Positions 1-9,473 of a stretch of DNA of 64,000 bases are shown here, one piece after another. Position 1 is the stretch's first letter. Each line of letters starts with the position of its first letter. The position numbers and the translations under genes are program-made. The stretch is from an uncultured Holophaga sp. (GTDB lineage: Bacteria > Acidobacteriota > Holophagae > Holophagales > Holophagaceae), in assembly GCA_963664825.1 (NCBI GenBank), contig OY761614.1:320001-384000 (forward strand). Direction: 5' to 3'. Below the pieces are notes generated by a model. It worked only from the letters and a program-made list of their open reading frames with translations. It was not told the origin of the DNA and did not search any database.

Positions 1-744
1 GTGGGAGAACCGGGGCGGCGGCTCGTGGAGGCCTTCCTTCCGGAACTCCGCCGGGAACTCCGCCTCGATTTCATCATCGTCAACGGTGAGAACTCGGCCC
101 ACGGCCACGGCATCACGGAGCGCATCGCGCGACAGTGGCTGGATGAATGCGGCGTCGATGTCATCACCACCGGCAATCACGCCTTCGACGTGAAGGACAT
201 CACCACCTACTTCGCCAAGGAGCCGCGGCTCCTGCGCCCGGCGAACTATCCACCCGGAACCCCCGGCGCGGGCCACGTGAAGCTGCACACGGCCACAGGC
301 CAAGAAGTGCTGGTGATCAATCTCATGGGCCGGGTCAACATGCCTCCCTGCGATGATCCCTTCCGCTGCGTGGACGCGCTCCTGGCCAAGGAAAGGGCCG
401 ATCTCGTGCTGGTGGATATGCATGCCGAAGCCACCAGCGAGGCCCTGGCCATGGGCTACCACCTGGAGGGCCGCGCAGCCGCCGTGGTGGGCACCCACAC
501 CCATGTGCCCACCCTGGACGCGCGAGTCCTGCCCGGGGGCACGGCCTACGTCACTGATATCGGCATGGTGGGCCCCTACGACGGCGTCATCGGGATGAAG
601 AAGGAGGCCAGCCTCAGCCGCTTCATGAGGGCCAAACCGGACCGTTTCGAAGTCACCGAAGGCGATCTCCAGCTGCACGGCCTCTGCATCGTCACCGAAG
701 GCAAGAAGGCCATCAGCGTCGAACGGGTCCTGAGGCGCCTCTGA
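1..744 (+). CDS. YmdB/TIGR00282-family metallophosphoesterase (5' end outside window)
   Basis: Motifs NGEN, TTGNH, DMHAEATSE, VGTHTHV and TDIGMVGP; the usual N-terminal GDxVG is cut by the window edge. Confidence 0.92.
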   Translation: MGEPGRRLVEAFLPELRRELRLDFIIVNGENSAHGHGITERIARQWLDECGVDVITTGNHAFDVKDITTYFAKEPRLLRPANYPPGTPGAGHVKLHTATGQEVLVINLMGRVNMPPCDDPFRCVDALLAKERADLVLVDMHAEATSEALAMGYHLEGRAAAVVGTHTHVPTLDARVLPGGTAYVTDIGMVGPYDGVIGMKKEASLSRFMRAKPDRFEVTEGDLQLHGLCIVTEGKKAISVERVLRRL

Positions 745-1160
745 TGAAATACGGGAAGCGGGGCCTCCAGCCCATCGGCTCGGTGGTGGCCGATCCGCGG
801 GCCGTCGAGCGACGTGCGGAATCGCGCCTGGCCAGGGCCTGGCCCCTGGTAGTGGGCCCCACCCTGGTGAACTACACCTGCCCCTTGAGGGTCCGCAGGG
901 GGAATTTGGTGATGGGATGCTGGAGACCCGAACTGGTGCCCAGCCTCCGCAAGGCCGCCGAGGCCGTCTGGCCCGAGATCCAGGCCCGCCTGGACCGGAT
1001 GCTCAACCTCAAGCTGCGCCAGTTGGAGGTGCTCCCCTGCGACCCGCCCCCCCCGGAAGAACCCGCCCCCGCGCCCGCCCCGCCCCAGGACGCCTTGGCC
1101 GCCGTCCTCCGCAAGCTGCGGGATCTCCGCAAACAGGGATGGACGGGCCGCAGCTCTTGA
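744..1160 (+). CDS. DUF721/DciA-family protein
   Basis: AWPLVVGPTL...PLRVRRGNLVM pattern typical of DUF721; start overlaps the previous stop (TGATG). Confidence 0.7.
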   Translation: MKYGKRGLQPIGSVVADPRAVERRAESRLARAWPLVVGPTLVNYTCPLRVRRGNLVMGCWRPELVPSLRKAAEAVWPEIQARLDRMLNLKLRQLEVLPCDPPPPEEPAPAPAPPQDALAAVLRKLRDLRKQGWTGRSS

Positions 1161-1184
1161 GGTAGCATCGATTCTTCTCTTCCA

Positions 1185-1305
<121 letters not shown>

Positions 1306-1636
1306 AACGTGAGGATTCGAACCTCCGAGCGACCCCGCCCGAGGCGTGCCATGCGGCACGCCGAAGCGGGGAAAAAGACCGAATCCGCGCACCAACACAT
1401 CGGCGCCGCAAAGGGAGCCAGCTCCCGAAGCTGCGAGCCACCCCGCGGAGACAGCGCGGTGCGCTCCGCCACAACATCTCGCGCAATGCCCGGAGCGACA
1501 CACGCGTAGAAAGGGCGGCAGATCGGCAACGCGCCAGCCTTCCAGGGAAAAGCCTGTTGAACAGGGGTGCAGGGGGTGCATCCGTTCTGAGCCTGAGCGG
1601 CCAGGACTGCACAAGGTTTCCGGGTAGCGATCCGCA

Positions 1637-3265
1637 GTATCGATTCACCCCCCCCCCATGCAGGCTCAACTCGTGATTGAGGATAAAATCACCGCAAGTG
1701 AATAATTCGCTTGTACTTTGGTCTCAAACCAGTCAGATTCTGAAGGATGGAGCTTGATCCTGTTCTGACTGATCCGCGTTATCTGGCCCTGGCTGCCGAG
1801 AACGGGGAACTGCGTGCGGAAATGGTCTGCCTGCGGGAGGCGATGGAACGCCTGGAAAAATTGCTGGAGTCGCTCCAGGATCGCCTCGGGAAGGACAGTC
1901 GCAACAGCAGCAAGCCCCCCAGTTCGGACGGACCCGCGGCGCCACCCAAGCCACCGGCGCCGCCCACGGGGCGCAAGCGCGGCGGCCAACCGGGACGGAA
2001 GGGATCCGCTCGGGTGATGCTGCCGGAAGGCAGCGAGGACCGTACGGTTTCGGTGCCCCTCGCCTGTTGCCCCCACTGCCGAGGCGAGGTTCCTTCAGGG
2101 GCCATCACCGGGACGCGCCTGCACCGGGTGGTGGATCTGGCTCAGCGCCTCACAGAAGTCATCGCCTACGCGCTGGAGGAGGGGATCTGCCCGCACTGCC
2201 AGAGGAAGGTGCAGGCGCCGCTTCCCCCAGAGGCTGCGCCGGGCGGGATCGGCCCGCGCCTTCAGGCTGCGGCGGCCTATCTGCGCACAGAGGGCCGCAT
2301 GAGCCTGACGCCGCTCCAGCGTTTCCTCTCGGAGGTGACGGGCGTAGCGGTCTCACGCGGTTGGCTGCACGAGAGCGGTGTGGCGCTGGGGAGCCACCTA
2401 CTCCCCGCCTGGGAGGACCTCTCCCAGCAGATCCGTACGGCGGATGTGCTCAACCTCGACGAGACCGGCTTCGGCCGGAAGGACCGGGACTGGATCTGGG
2501 TGGCCCTTTCCGCCCGTACGGCCCTCTTCCACTTCAGTGACACCCGTGGGGCGAGGGCCCTAAAGGCGATACTTCCCGAGGACTTCCAAGGCGTGATTGG
2601 CACGGACCGCTACGGCGCCTACAACGCCTTAAAATCTGCCGTTCGCCAGTTCTGCTGGGCCCATTTGCGCCGCGAGTTCGTCGCCCTGAGCGAATCCCAG
2701 AAGCCCGAGGTGGCCGCACTGGGAAAGCGACTGCTCGCCGAGCAGGAGGAGATCTTTGCGCTGTGGCACACCTTCCGGGCGGGCGACATCAGCCGGAAAG
2801 AGCTCCGGGCCTGCACCGCCATCAATCTGGCGCGGCTCAAACGCGGTCTGATCCAGGCCAGCGCGATGGATCACAAGGCCGCCCGAAACCTCGGGAAGGA
2901 CCTCCTCCGGAAATGGGACAAGCTCTGGGTGTTCCTGAAGGTCGAGGGCGTGGAGCCGACGAACAATGCGGCCGAGCGGGCCCTGCGCCCCCTCGTGATC
3001 CTCAAGCGGATCTTCCAGCGACTGCCCAGCGCGGACGGAAAGCGATTCTTCGAACGCCTCCTGAGCCTGGGCACCACCGCCCGCATCCGCGGCGTCCCCT
3101 ACTTCGACTGGCTGCTCAGGGCCCTCCACTCCGCCCGATCCAACCAGCCCCTACCGGCACTGGAACCAGCCTGAGGCTGCCAGGGCAAGCGGGACATCAC
3201 CAGCCCATCATGGCTGCCTGCCACCGGCTTACGTGGTCACAGGGACAAGGGGGGTGAATCGATAC
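1637..3265 (+). mobile_element. IS66-family insertion sequence, single-ORF (ISBst12-like organisation), copy 1, 1629 bp
   Basis: 17-bp terminal inverted repeats GTATCGATTCACCCCCC; 8-bp target duplication GATCCGCA at 1629-1636 and 3266-3273. Confidence 0.95.
1747..3174 (+). CDS. IS66-family DDE transposase
   Basis: NSSKPPSSD, GGQPG, zinc-ribbon CPHC pairs, LDET, TDRYGAY, QFCWAHLRR, PTNNAAERALRP. Confidence 0.96.
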   Translation: MELDPVLTDPRYLALAAENGELRAEMVCLREAMERLEKLLESLQDRLGKDSRNSSKPPSSDGPAAPPKPPAPPTGRKRGGQPGRKGSARVMLPEGSEDRTVSVPLACCPHCRGEVPSGAITGTRLHRVVDLAQRLTEVIAYALEEGICPHCQRKVQAPLPPEAAPGGIGPRLQAAAAYLRTEGRMSLTPLQRFLSEVTGVAVSRGWLHESGVALGSHLLPAWEDLSQQIRTADVLNLDETGFGRKDRDWIWVALSARTALFHFSDTRGARALKAILPEDFQGVIGTDRYGAYNALKSAVRQFCWAHLRREFVALSESQKPEVAALGKRLLAEQEEIFALWHTFRAGDISRKELRACTAINLARLKRGLIQASAMDHKAARNLGKDLLRKWDKLWVFLKVEGVEPTNNAAERALRPLVILKRIFQRLPSADGKRFFERLLSLGTTARIRGVPYFDWLLRALHSARSNQPLPALEPA

Positions 3266-3649
3266 GATCCGCAAGAGGGCCCTGGGCCCGCGCGGCCCCT
3301 CCTCGCTAGCGCCGGAGGCCTTGACGATTCATCTTTCAAACACCCGAATGGGTCTGTATGATCTTCCCATGCAACCCTTCAAGCGGGATTCCCTCCGGGG
3401 GCCAGTGTCCGTGGGACAGACTGGCCACGTGCGATTGGGCTCCACCCAGATCCCAAGGCTGGGGCGCATGGTCCTGTGCCGAGACGCGCATCCAAGGAGA
3501 GTCGCTTCCCCGAGATGCGATTGAAAGATCGTCTTCAGTCCGGCTATTTCGGGTCCGCCTATTCCGATCTTTCAATTCGCCAGTTCCACAGCTCGATCAG
3601 CACGCACAACATACAACTCGCCATTTAGGCATGTTTCTGGGCTCGTTGT

Positions 3650-3675
3650 CGGGTACGTCCAATACCTAGTTAGGC
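3650..3675 (+). other. Putative integron attI site (core GTTAGGC at 3669-3675)
   Basis: GTTRRRY core just before the first cassette ORF with no upstream inverse core or palindrome; roughly complementary to the inverse core ACTTAAC of the next attC. Confidence 0.5.
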
Positions 3676-3716
3676 GTCTACAAAGCAAGCTAAAAGCACA
3701 AGCAAAAGGAGCACCA

Positions 3717-4064
3717 ATGGACGCCAAAAATCCACAAAAAGTGCAATCAGAATCAAGATTGTCCAAACTCGCCACTACGGCTACAATTGTAGCCTTTTTA
3801 CTTATTTTCTTGCCATTGCCAGGAGTTTGGCTAACATTCCAGAATATAGCACCCAACCACCAGCATATTTGGAATTTGGGGTACAGCACACCTACACTTA
3901 TAGGTGCAATCCTTGGAAACTTCACCGTGAATGCTCTGTTTACAGTTCCAGGGATAATTCGTGGTATCATCAACTACAGGCAAACACGTCAGTTTATTCA
4001 TCTGACCCTTTGCATTTTGAGCGTTCTCATGCTTTTGGGTTACACAATAGCTGGGATTCTATGA
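3717..4064 (+). CDS. Cassette-borne small membrane protein, unknown function
   Basis: AAGGAG RBS, about three hydrophobic segments, AT-rich relative to the backbone, followed by attC. Confidence 0.75.
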   Translation: MDAKNPQKVQSESRLSKLATTATIVAFLLIFLPLPGVWLTFQNIAPNHQHIWNLGYSTPTLIGAILGNFTVNALFTVPGIIRGIINYRQTRQFIHLTLCILSVLMLLGYTIAGIL

Positions 4065-4071
4065 TCCCACC

Positions 4072-4195
4072 ACTTAACCCTGGGCTCAACCCGGACGCTG
4101 CCTCTGGGAGGCACCGTTGTCGACCATCGTTCGAATTCCTCGTCACTCCTGCGCCGCGCCGCTTCGGCAGCGCCGGTTAGCTTTGATCGTTAGAG
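4072..4195 (+). repeat. Integron attC site 1 (124 bp)
   Basis: ACTTAAC ... GCTCAACCCGGACGCTGCC / GGCAGCGCCGGTTAGC ... GTTAGAG; imperfect palindrome homologous to attC2. Confidence 0.88.
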
Positions 4196-4202
4196 GCTCC
4201 TC

Positions 4203-4982
4203 ATGCCAAACCTCCGCCTGCTCTCACTGATCACGATTTTCGTGATCCTTGTAGTAGCAGCGGCCATTTATCATATCGCCCCAAATGATCTCTCTGGTTA
4301 TGGCAGTATCGCCTCAGCGGGTGGCAGCTTGCTTGCAGTGATTTGGTTTTCCGGAAGCCTCTGGTATCAATCAACACAGTTAAAAGAGCAGCGTGCTCAG
4401 TTTCAAGCTCAATTTAGGCATCTCCAGGAAGCTTCAAGGCGCGATTCTTTGGTGCTCGCCAAATCTATTTTAGAACGTGCCGAGGAAAAGGCCATCGCTC
4501 TCCATGGTAAAATCAATTCGATAGATGAATTATTTCCCTTATATATGCAATTCGATGAATTGAAGCCATTGATTGAATCGACAGACCCGGCTGTCGTACA
4601 GGATGCCTACTCCAGCTGGATCAAAAAGGAAGGCGCTGCCACCACCTTCATAAAAGGGATCAAATCTGCGGCTTCGGTCTACCTTCAAAGTATTGAAACG
4701 AAAGACATTGATTATACGAAAACACCAGAAGAGTTCGTTTTAATTTACGGCTGTTGGTTTTGGGGCCAGCCATTTTTCGAAGCCTATCAAGGCCCTGCCA
4801 ACCTTCTGTGCGATTGGATGGTCCGACTTGAGCCTGGTCGCAAAGCCGCTCATTTGGCAGGTATTGCATCAGCGGGCAGAATGTTTGGGATCAATTTCTT
4901 AAAAATTGATAAAGTTCGAGAAGATATCCAAGAGCACCGTGAAAAGGATTACCCTGTGCCAAAGATTGCGGAAGGTCTCTAA
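4203..4982 (+). CDS. Cassette-borne hypothetical protein with two N-terminal TM helices
   Basis: Fills the interval between attC1 and attC2; its TAA stop lies inside the inverse core CTCTAAC. Confidence 0.82.
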   Translation: MPNLRLLSLITIFVILVVAAAIYHIAPNDLSGYGSIASAGGSLLAVIWFSGSLWYQSTQLKEQRAQFQAQFRHLQEASRRDSLVLAKSILERAEEKAIALHGKINSIDELFPLYMQFDELKPLIESTDPAVVQDAYSSWIKKEGAATTFIKGIKSAASVYLQSIETKDIDYTKTPEEFVLIYGCWFWGQPFFEAYQGPANLLCDWMVRLEPGRKAAHLAGIASAGRMFGINFLKIDKVREDIQEHREKDYPVPKIAEGL

Positions 4983-5100
4983 CCTCGCGCTCAACCCGGA
5001 CGCTGCCTCTGCGAGTCACCGTCCTCGGTCAGCGTTCGGATTTCTCGTCTCTCACGCGCCGAGCCGCTCTGACAACACCGGTTAACTCTGCTCGTTAGCC
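4977..5100 (+). repeat. Integron attC site 2 (124 bp)
   Basis: CTCTAAC ... GCTCAACCCGGACGCTGCCTCTG ... CACCGGTTAAC ... GTTAGCC; CTCTAAC is the exact complement of the upstream core GTTAGAG. Confidence 0.88.
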
Positions 5101-5341
5101 CTCAATCCCCCTTCCCCCACGGAGCCCTCCATGACCCCTCACTTCGACAATCCGACCAAGCAGGAGATTTGGGCCACGGTACGAAAAATGAACGACGTCT
5201 GGACCAAGGGTGATCCCAGCGATCTGGTCAATTATTTCCACAAGGACATGATCGCAATCACACCGGCCGACCACCTCCGGCGGGAGGGTGCCGCGGAATG
5301 CGTGGCGGGCTGGAGCGGCTTTGCAAAAGCGGCCAAAATCC

Positions 5342-6970
5342 GTATCGATTCACCCCCCCCCCATGCAGGCTCAACTCGTGATTGAGGATAAAATCACCGC
5401 AAGTGAATAATTCGCTTGTACTTTGGTCTCAAACCAGTCAGATTCTGAAGGATGGAGCTTGATCCTGTTCTGACTGATCCGCGTTATCTGGCCCTGGCTG
5501 CCGAGAACGGGGAACTGCGTGCGGAAATGGTCTGCCTGCGGGAGGCGATGGAACGCCTGGAAAAATTGCTGGAGTCGCTCCAGGATCGCCTCGGGAAGGA
5601 CAGTCGCAACAGCAGCAAGCCCCCCAGTTCGGACGGACCCGCGGCGCCACCCAAGCCACCGGCGCCGCCCACGGGGCGCAAGCGCGGCGGCCAACCGGGA
5701 CGGAAGGGATCCGCTCGGGTGATGCTGCCGGAAGGCAGCGAGGACCGTACGGTTTCGGTGCCCCTCGCCTGTTGCCCCCACTGCCGAGGCGAGGTTCCTT
5801 CAGGGGCCATCACCGGGACGCGCCTGCACCGGGTGGTGGATCTGGCTCAGCGCCTCACAGAAGTCATCGCCTACGCGCTGGAGGAGGGGATCTGCCCGCA
5901 CTGCCAGAGGAAGGTGCAGGCGCCGCTTCCCCCAGAGGCTGCGCCGGGCGGGATCGGCCCGCGCCTTCAGGCTGCGGCGGCCTATCTGCGCACAGAGGGC
6001 CGCATGAGCCTGACGCCGCTCCAGCGTTTCCTCTCGGAGGTGACGGGCGTAGCGGTCTCACGCGGTTGGCTGCACGAGAGCGGTGTGGCGCTGGGGAGCC
6101 ACCTACTCCCCGCCTGGGAGGACCTCTCCCAGCAGATCCGTACGGCGGATGTGCTCAACCTCGACGAGACCGGCTTCGGCCGGAAGGACCGGGACTGGAT
6201 CTGGGTGGCCCTTTCCGCCCGTACGGCCCTCTTCCACTTCAGTGACACCCGTGGGGCGAGGGCCCTAAAGGCGATACTTCCCGAGGACTTCCAAGGCGTG
6301 ATTGGCACGGACCGCTACGGCGCCTACAACGCCTTAAAATCTGCCGTTCGCCAGTTCTGCTGGGCCCATTTGCGCCGCGAGTTCGTCGCCCTGAGCGAAT
6401 CCCAGAAGCCCGAGGTGGCCGCACTGGGAAAGCGACTGCTCGCCGAGCAGGAGGAGATCTTTGCGCTGTGGCACACCTTCCGGGCGGGCGACATCAGCCG
6501 GAAAGAGCTCCGGGCCTGCACCGCCATCAATCTGGCGCGGCTCAAACGCGGTCTGATCCAGGCCAGCGCGATGGATCACAAGGCCGCCCGAAACCTCGGG
6601 AAGGACCTCCTCCGGAAATGGGACAAGCTCTGGGTGTTCCTGAAGGTCGAGGGCGTGGAGCCGACGAACAATGCGGCCGAGCGGGCCCTGCGCCCCCTCG
6701 TGATCCTCAAGCGGATCTTCCAGCGACTGCCCAGCGCGGACGGAAAGCGATTCTTCGAACGCCTCCTGAGCCTGGGCACCACCGCCCGCATCCGCGGCGT
6801 CCCCTACTTCGACTGGCTGCTCAGGGCCCTCCACTCCGCCCGATCCAACCAGCCCCTACCGGCACTGGAACCAGCCTGAGGCTGCCAGGGCAAGCGGGAC
6901 ATCACCAGCCCATCATGGCTGCCTGCCACCGGCTTACGTGGTCACAGGGACAAGGGGGGTGAATCGATAC
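5342..6970 (+). mobile_element. IS66-family insertion sequence, copy 2, 1629 bp
   Basis: Same TIRs and length as copy 1; own 8-bp target duplication CAAAATCC at 5334-5341 and 6971-6978. Confidence 0.95.
5452..6879 (+). CDS. IS66-family DDE transposase (same protein as copy 1)
   Basis: Translation identical to 1747..3174. Confidence 0.96.
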   Translation: MELDPVLTDPRYLALAAENGELRAEMVCLREAMERLEKLLESLQDRLGKDSRNSSKPPSSDGPAAPPKPPAPPTGRKRGGQPGRKGSARVMLPEGSEDRTVSVPLACCPHCRGEVPSGAITGTRLHRVVDLAQRLTEVIAYALEEGICPHCQRKVQAPLPPEAAPGGIGPRLQAAAAYLRTEGRMSLTPLQRFLSEVTGVAVSRGWLHESGVALGSHLLPAWEDLSQQIRTADVLNLDETGFGRKDRDWIWVALSARTALFHFSDTRGARALKAILPEDFQGVIGTDRYGAYNALKSAVRQFCWAHLRREFVALSESQKPEVAALGKRLLAEQEEIFALWHTFRAGDISRKELRACTAINLARLKRGLIQASAMDHKAARNLGKDLLRKWDKLWVFLKVEGVEPTNNAAERALRPLVILKRIFQRLPSADGKRFFERLLSLGTTARIRGVPYFDWLLRALHSARSNQPLPALEPA

Positions 6971-7163
6971 CAAAATCCATCATTGGCAAGAGAACGACCC
7001 GATCATCAACGTCTTTGGCGACTCCGCCGTCGTCGCCTACTACTTTGATATGTCATTTGACATGGGTGGGCAGACCATCAATCTGGGCGGGCGAGACATG
7101 TTCTTCTTCATCAAGGAAAACGGTCGCTGGTGGGTTGTCGCGGATCAGTATTCCCCCTACCCC

Positions 7164-7256
7164 GCCTGACAAATAGTTCAGCCAAGACGCTACCCCTGGG
7201 AGGCAACCCCTCCCGATTTCTCATCCGGTGCCGCCGCTTGGCTTCCGTCGTCCCTC
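7164..7256 (+). repeat. Degenerate attC site 3
   Basis: GCCTGAC...TTCAGCCAAGACGCTACCCCTGGGAGGCA...GATTTCTCATC...CGCCGCTTGGCTT...CGTC aligns with attC1/2, with mutated cores and an internal deletion. Confidence 0.62.
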
Positions 7257-7299
7257 TTGTTTGTAGATCCGTGCCCAAGTTCAATTCCACGAGACGAAC

Positions 7300-7935
7300 A
7301 TGCAGCTTCCAGACCCTAACAAGACCTATCCCCGTTCCAACGACCCTCAAACGGTGTATTTAAAAAACCACGTCCACAGCGAATCCATCGAAATCGGAGA
7401 TTTCACGATATACAATGACTTCATCAACGATCCCCGGGACTTCCAGAAGAACAATGTGTTTTACCACTACCCGATCAACAAAGACGGCATCAAGATCGGA
7501 CGATTCTGCTCGATTGCGTGCGGCGCGAAATTCCTGATGAACAGCGCCAACCATACCCTTGGATCTTGCTCCACATATCCATTCCCAATCTTCTACGAGG
7601 AATGGGGAGGCGAAGTCGCTCCCAGGGAGGCTTGGGACAACCACGGGGACATCATCATTGGCAACGACGTGTGGATTGGCTATGAGGCCATCGTGTTGTC
7701 TGGCGTGAGAATCGGAGATGGCGCGATTATTGGCAGCAGAACACTAGTGACAAAAGACGTTCCACCCTATGCAATTGTGGGTGGAGTCCCGGCCAAGCTA
7801 ATACGATATCGATTCGATGCTGCAACGATTGACAAACTCCTTTCACTGCAGTGGTGGAATTGGCCAACCGAAAAGATATCCAAGCATCTCGACGTCATCA
7901 GATCCGGCGACACCCATCGACTCTGCGCCCTCTGA
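7300..7935 (+). CDS. Vat/CatB-family hexapeptide-repeat O-acetyltransferase
   Basis: IGRFCSIA, ANH, STYPF, GDIIIGNDVWIG, VTKDVPPYAIVGGVPAKLIRYRF, WWNWP. Confidence 0.9.
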   Translation: MQLPDPNKTYPRSNDPQTVYLKNHVHSESIEIGDFTIYNDFINDPRDFQKNNVFYHYPINKDGIKIGRFCSIACGAKFLMNSANHTLGSCSTYPFPIFYEEWGGEVAPREAWDNHGDIIIGNDVWIGYEAIVLSGVRIGDGAIIGSRTLVTKDVPPYAIVGGVPAKLIRYRFDAATIDKLLSLQWWNWPTEKISKHLDVIRSGDTHRLCAL

Positions 7936-7966
7936 ACCCAACCCAGCCCCCCAGGAGCCTTCCCCA

Positions 7967-8713
7967 GTGGACATCCCACGGATCTTCACCATCACCGAGA
8001 GCGCTCACCGCATCCACAACCCGATCACACCCGAAAAGCTCGCCACCCTCGGCGCGGCGCTGCGTCTGGAACCGGGGGCCCGAGTGCTCGACCTGGGCAG
8101 CGGTTCGGGGGAGATGCTGTGCACCTGGGCCCGCGATCACGGCGTCACCGGCACCGGCATAGACATGAGCCAGCTCTTTACCGAACAAGCGAAATCCCGG
8201 GCCGTAGAACTCGGCGTTGCCGATCGGGTCCAGTTCATCCACGGCGATGCGGCCGGCTACGTCTCCGATCAGAAGGTCAGCGTGGCCGCCTGTGTGGGCG
8301 CCACCTGGATCGCCGGTGGAGTCGCCGGCACGATCGAGCTTCTGGCGCGAAGCCTCGGCACCGAAGGGATCATCCTCATCGGCGAGCCCTACTGGCGGCA
8401 GTTGCCGCCGACGGAAGAGGTTGCCAAGGGCTGTCTGGCCCACTCCATCTCCGACTTCCTCCTGCTCCCAGGCCTTCTCGCGTCTTTCGGCCACCTCGGC
8501 TGCAACGTCGTGGAAATGGTCCTGGCTGACCAGGACGGCTGGGACAGGTACGAGGCGGCCAAATGGCTCACCATGCGCCGATGGCTCGAGGCCAATCCCG
8601 ACGACGCCTTTGCGCAAGAAATCCGGGCCCAACTCAGTTCGGAACCCGAGCGCTATGCCGCTTGCACGCGGGAATACCTGGGCTGGGGCGTGTTCGCGCT
8701 GATGCCGCGGTGA
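7967..8713 (+). CDS. Class I SAM-dependent methyltransferase, YjhP-like (GTG start)
   Basis: AGGAG RBS; DIPRIFTITESAHRIHNP N-terminus; VLDLGSGSG motif I; REYLGWGVFALM C-terminus. Confidence 0.88.
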   Translation: MDIPRIFTITESAHRIHNPITPEKLATLGAALRLEPGARVLDLGSGSGEMLCTWARDHGVTGTGIDMSQLFTEQAKSRAVELGVADRVQFIHGDAAGYVSDQKVSVAACVGATWIAGGVAGTIELLARSLGTEGIILIGEPYWRQLPPTEEVAKGCLAHSISDFLLLPGLLASFGHLGCNVVEMVLADQDGWDRYEAAKWLTMRRWLEANPDDAFAQEIRAQLSSEPERYAACTREYLGWGVFALMPR

Positions 8714-8780
8714 GTCAAACAAATCGTTCACCCCTAGCGCTACCTCTTGCTCTTACCACCATCCCTTTTTTGAGGTTCCC

Positions 8781-9473
8781 ATGAACCAGACCCTCCAGCC
8801 AGCTCCTGGATCGAAGGCGGCGAGAAACTGCGGCATCATTTCCATCATTTTAAGCTTTACCTGCATCGGCCTTCCGATTGGAATCGTCCTTGCGATCATT
8901 GCGCTCGTGCAGCAGAGCAAGGCGAAAGCGGCGGCCAAGGCTGAGCCAAATCTTTACGAAATGCCGACTCAAACCGGCCTCGTCACCGGCATCATCGGCT
9001 TGGTGATGCCTGTGCTCATGCTGCCATTTATTGGCATCGTCAGCGCAATCGCCATTCCAGCGCTGTTGGGGCAACGCGCCAGGGCTAGGGACAAGGCCTC
9101 CATCTCAAGCATGATGTCCAAGCAGACTGACCTCCTTGTCGAATATCAGAAATTATCCGAGAGCCAAACACCCACTCCCGAAATCCCGGCTAAGCTCGAA
9201 TCATTCTTGGAAAACAGTGCTCGGCAGGAGCGCAACCCCTGGGCACCGACGGAGGGTTCCGCAGCCTTTGATTTCCATATCCGCGTCGCAGCGAACCTGG
9301 ATAAGAGCGCTATCGAGAAGATGGCCATCGGTGAAGCTACGACCCTAGGCCGTCCGGTATTCGTCATTGAACTCCCCGCCCATGGGGAGACTGGATATTT
9401 GGCCAGCGCCGTGCTGGTGCAGAACCACCTAAATAATGGGCCGGTCTATTCCAAGGTCGTGCCTCTCGAGTAA
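8781..9473 (+). CDS. DUF4190-like membrane protein with a pilin-like IGIVSAIAIP segment
   Basis: Two hydrophobic hairpins followed by IGIVSAIAIPALLGQRARAR; GAGG RBS. Confidence 0.6.
   Translation: MNQTLQPAPGSKAARNCGIISIILSFTCIGLPIGIVLAIIALVQQSKAKAAAKAEPNLYEMPTQTGLVTGIIGLVMPVLMLPFIGIVSAIAIPALLGQRARARDKASISSMMSKQTDLLVEYQKLSESQTPTPEIPAKLESFLENSARQERNPWAPTEGSAAFDFHIRVAANLDKSAIEKMAIGEATTLGRPVFVIELPAHGETGYLASAVLVQNHLNNGPVYSKVVPLE

Larger units (their letters stand above)
5131..7169 (+). pseudogene. SnoaL/NTF2-like (DUF4440-type) cassette gene interrupted by IS copy 2
   Basis: Removing the IS and one TSD rejoins ...GFAKAAKI|HHWQENDPIINVFGDSAVVAYYFDMSF...GRDMFFFIKENGRWWVVADQYSPYPA* in frame. Confidence 0.88.

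Noticed and set aside
1637..6970. Composite transposon that delivered the cassettes
   Set aside because: Each IS has its own TSD, and copy 2 interrupts a gene that continues outside the pair, so the insertions were independent
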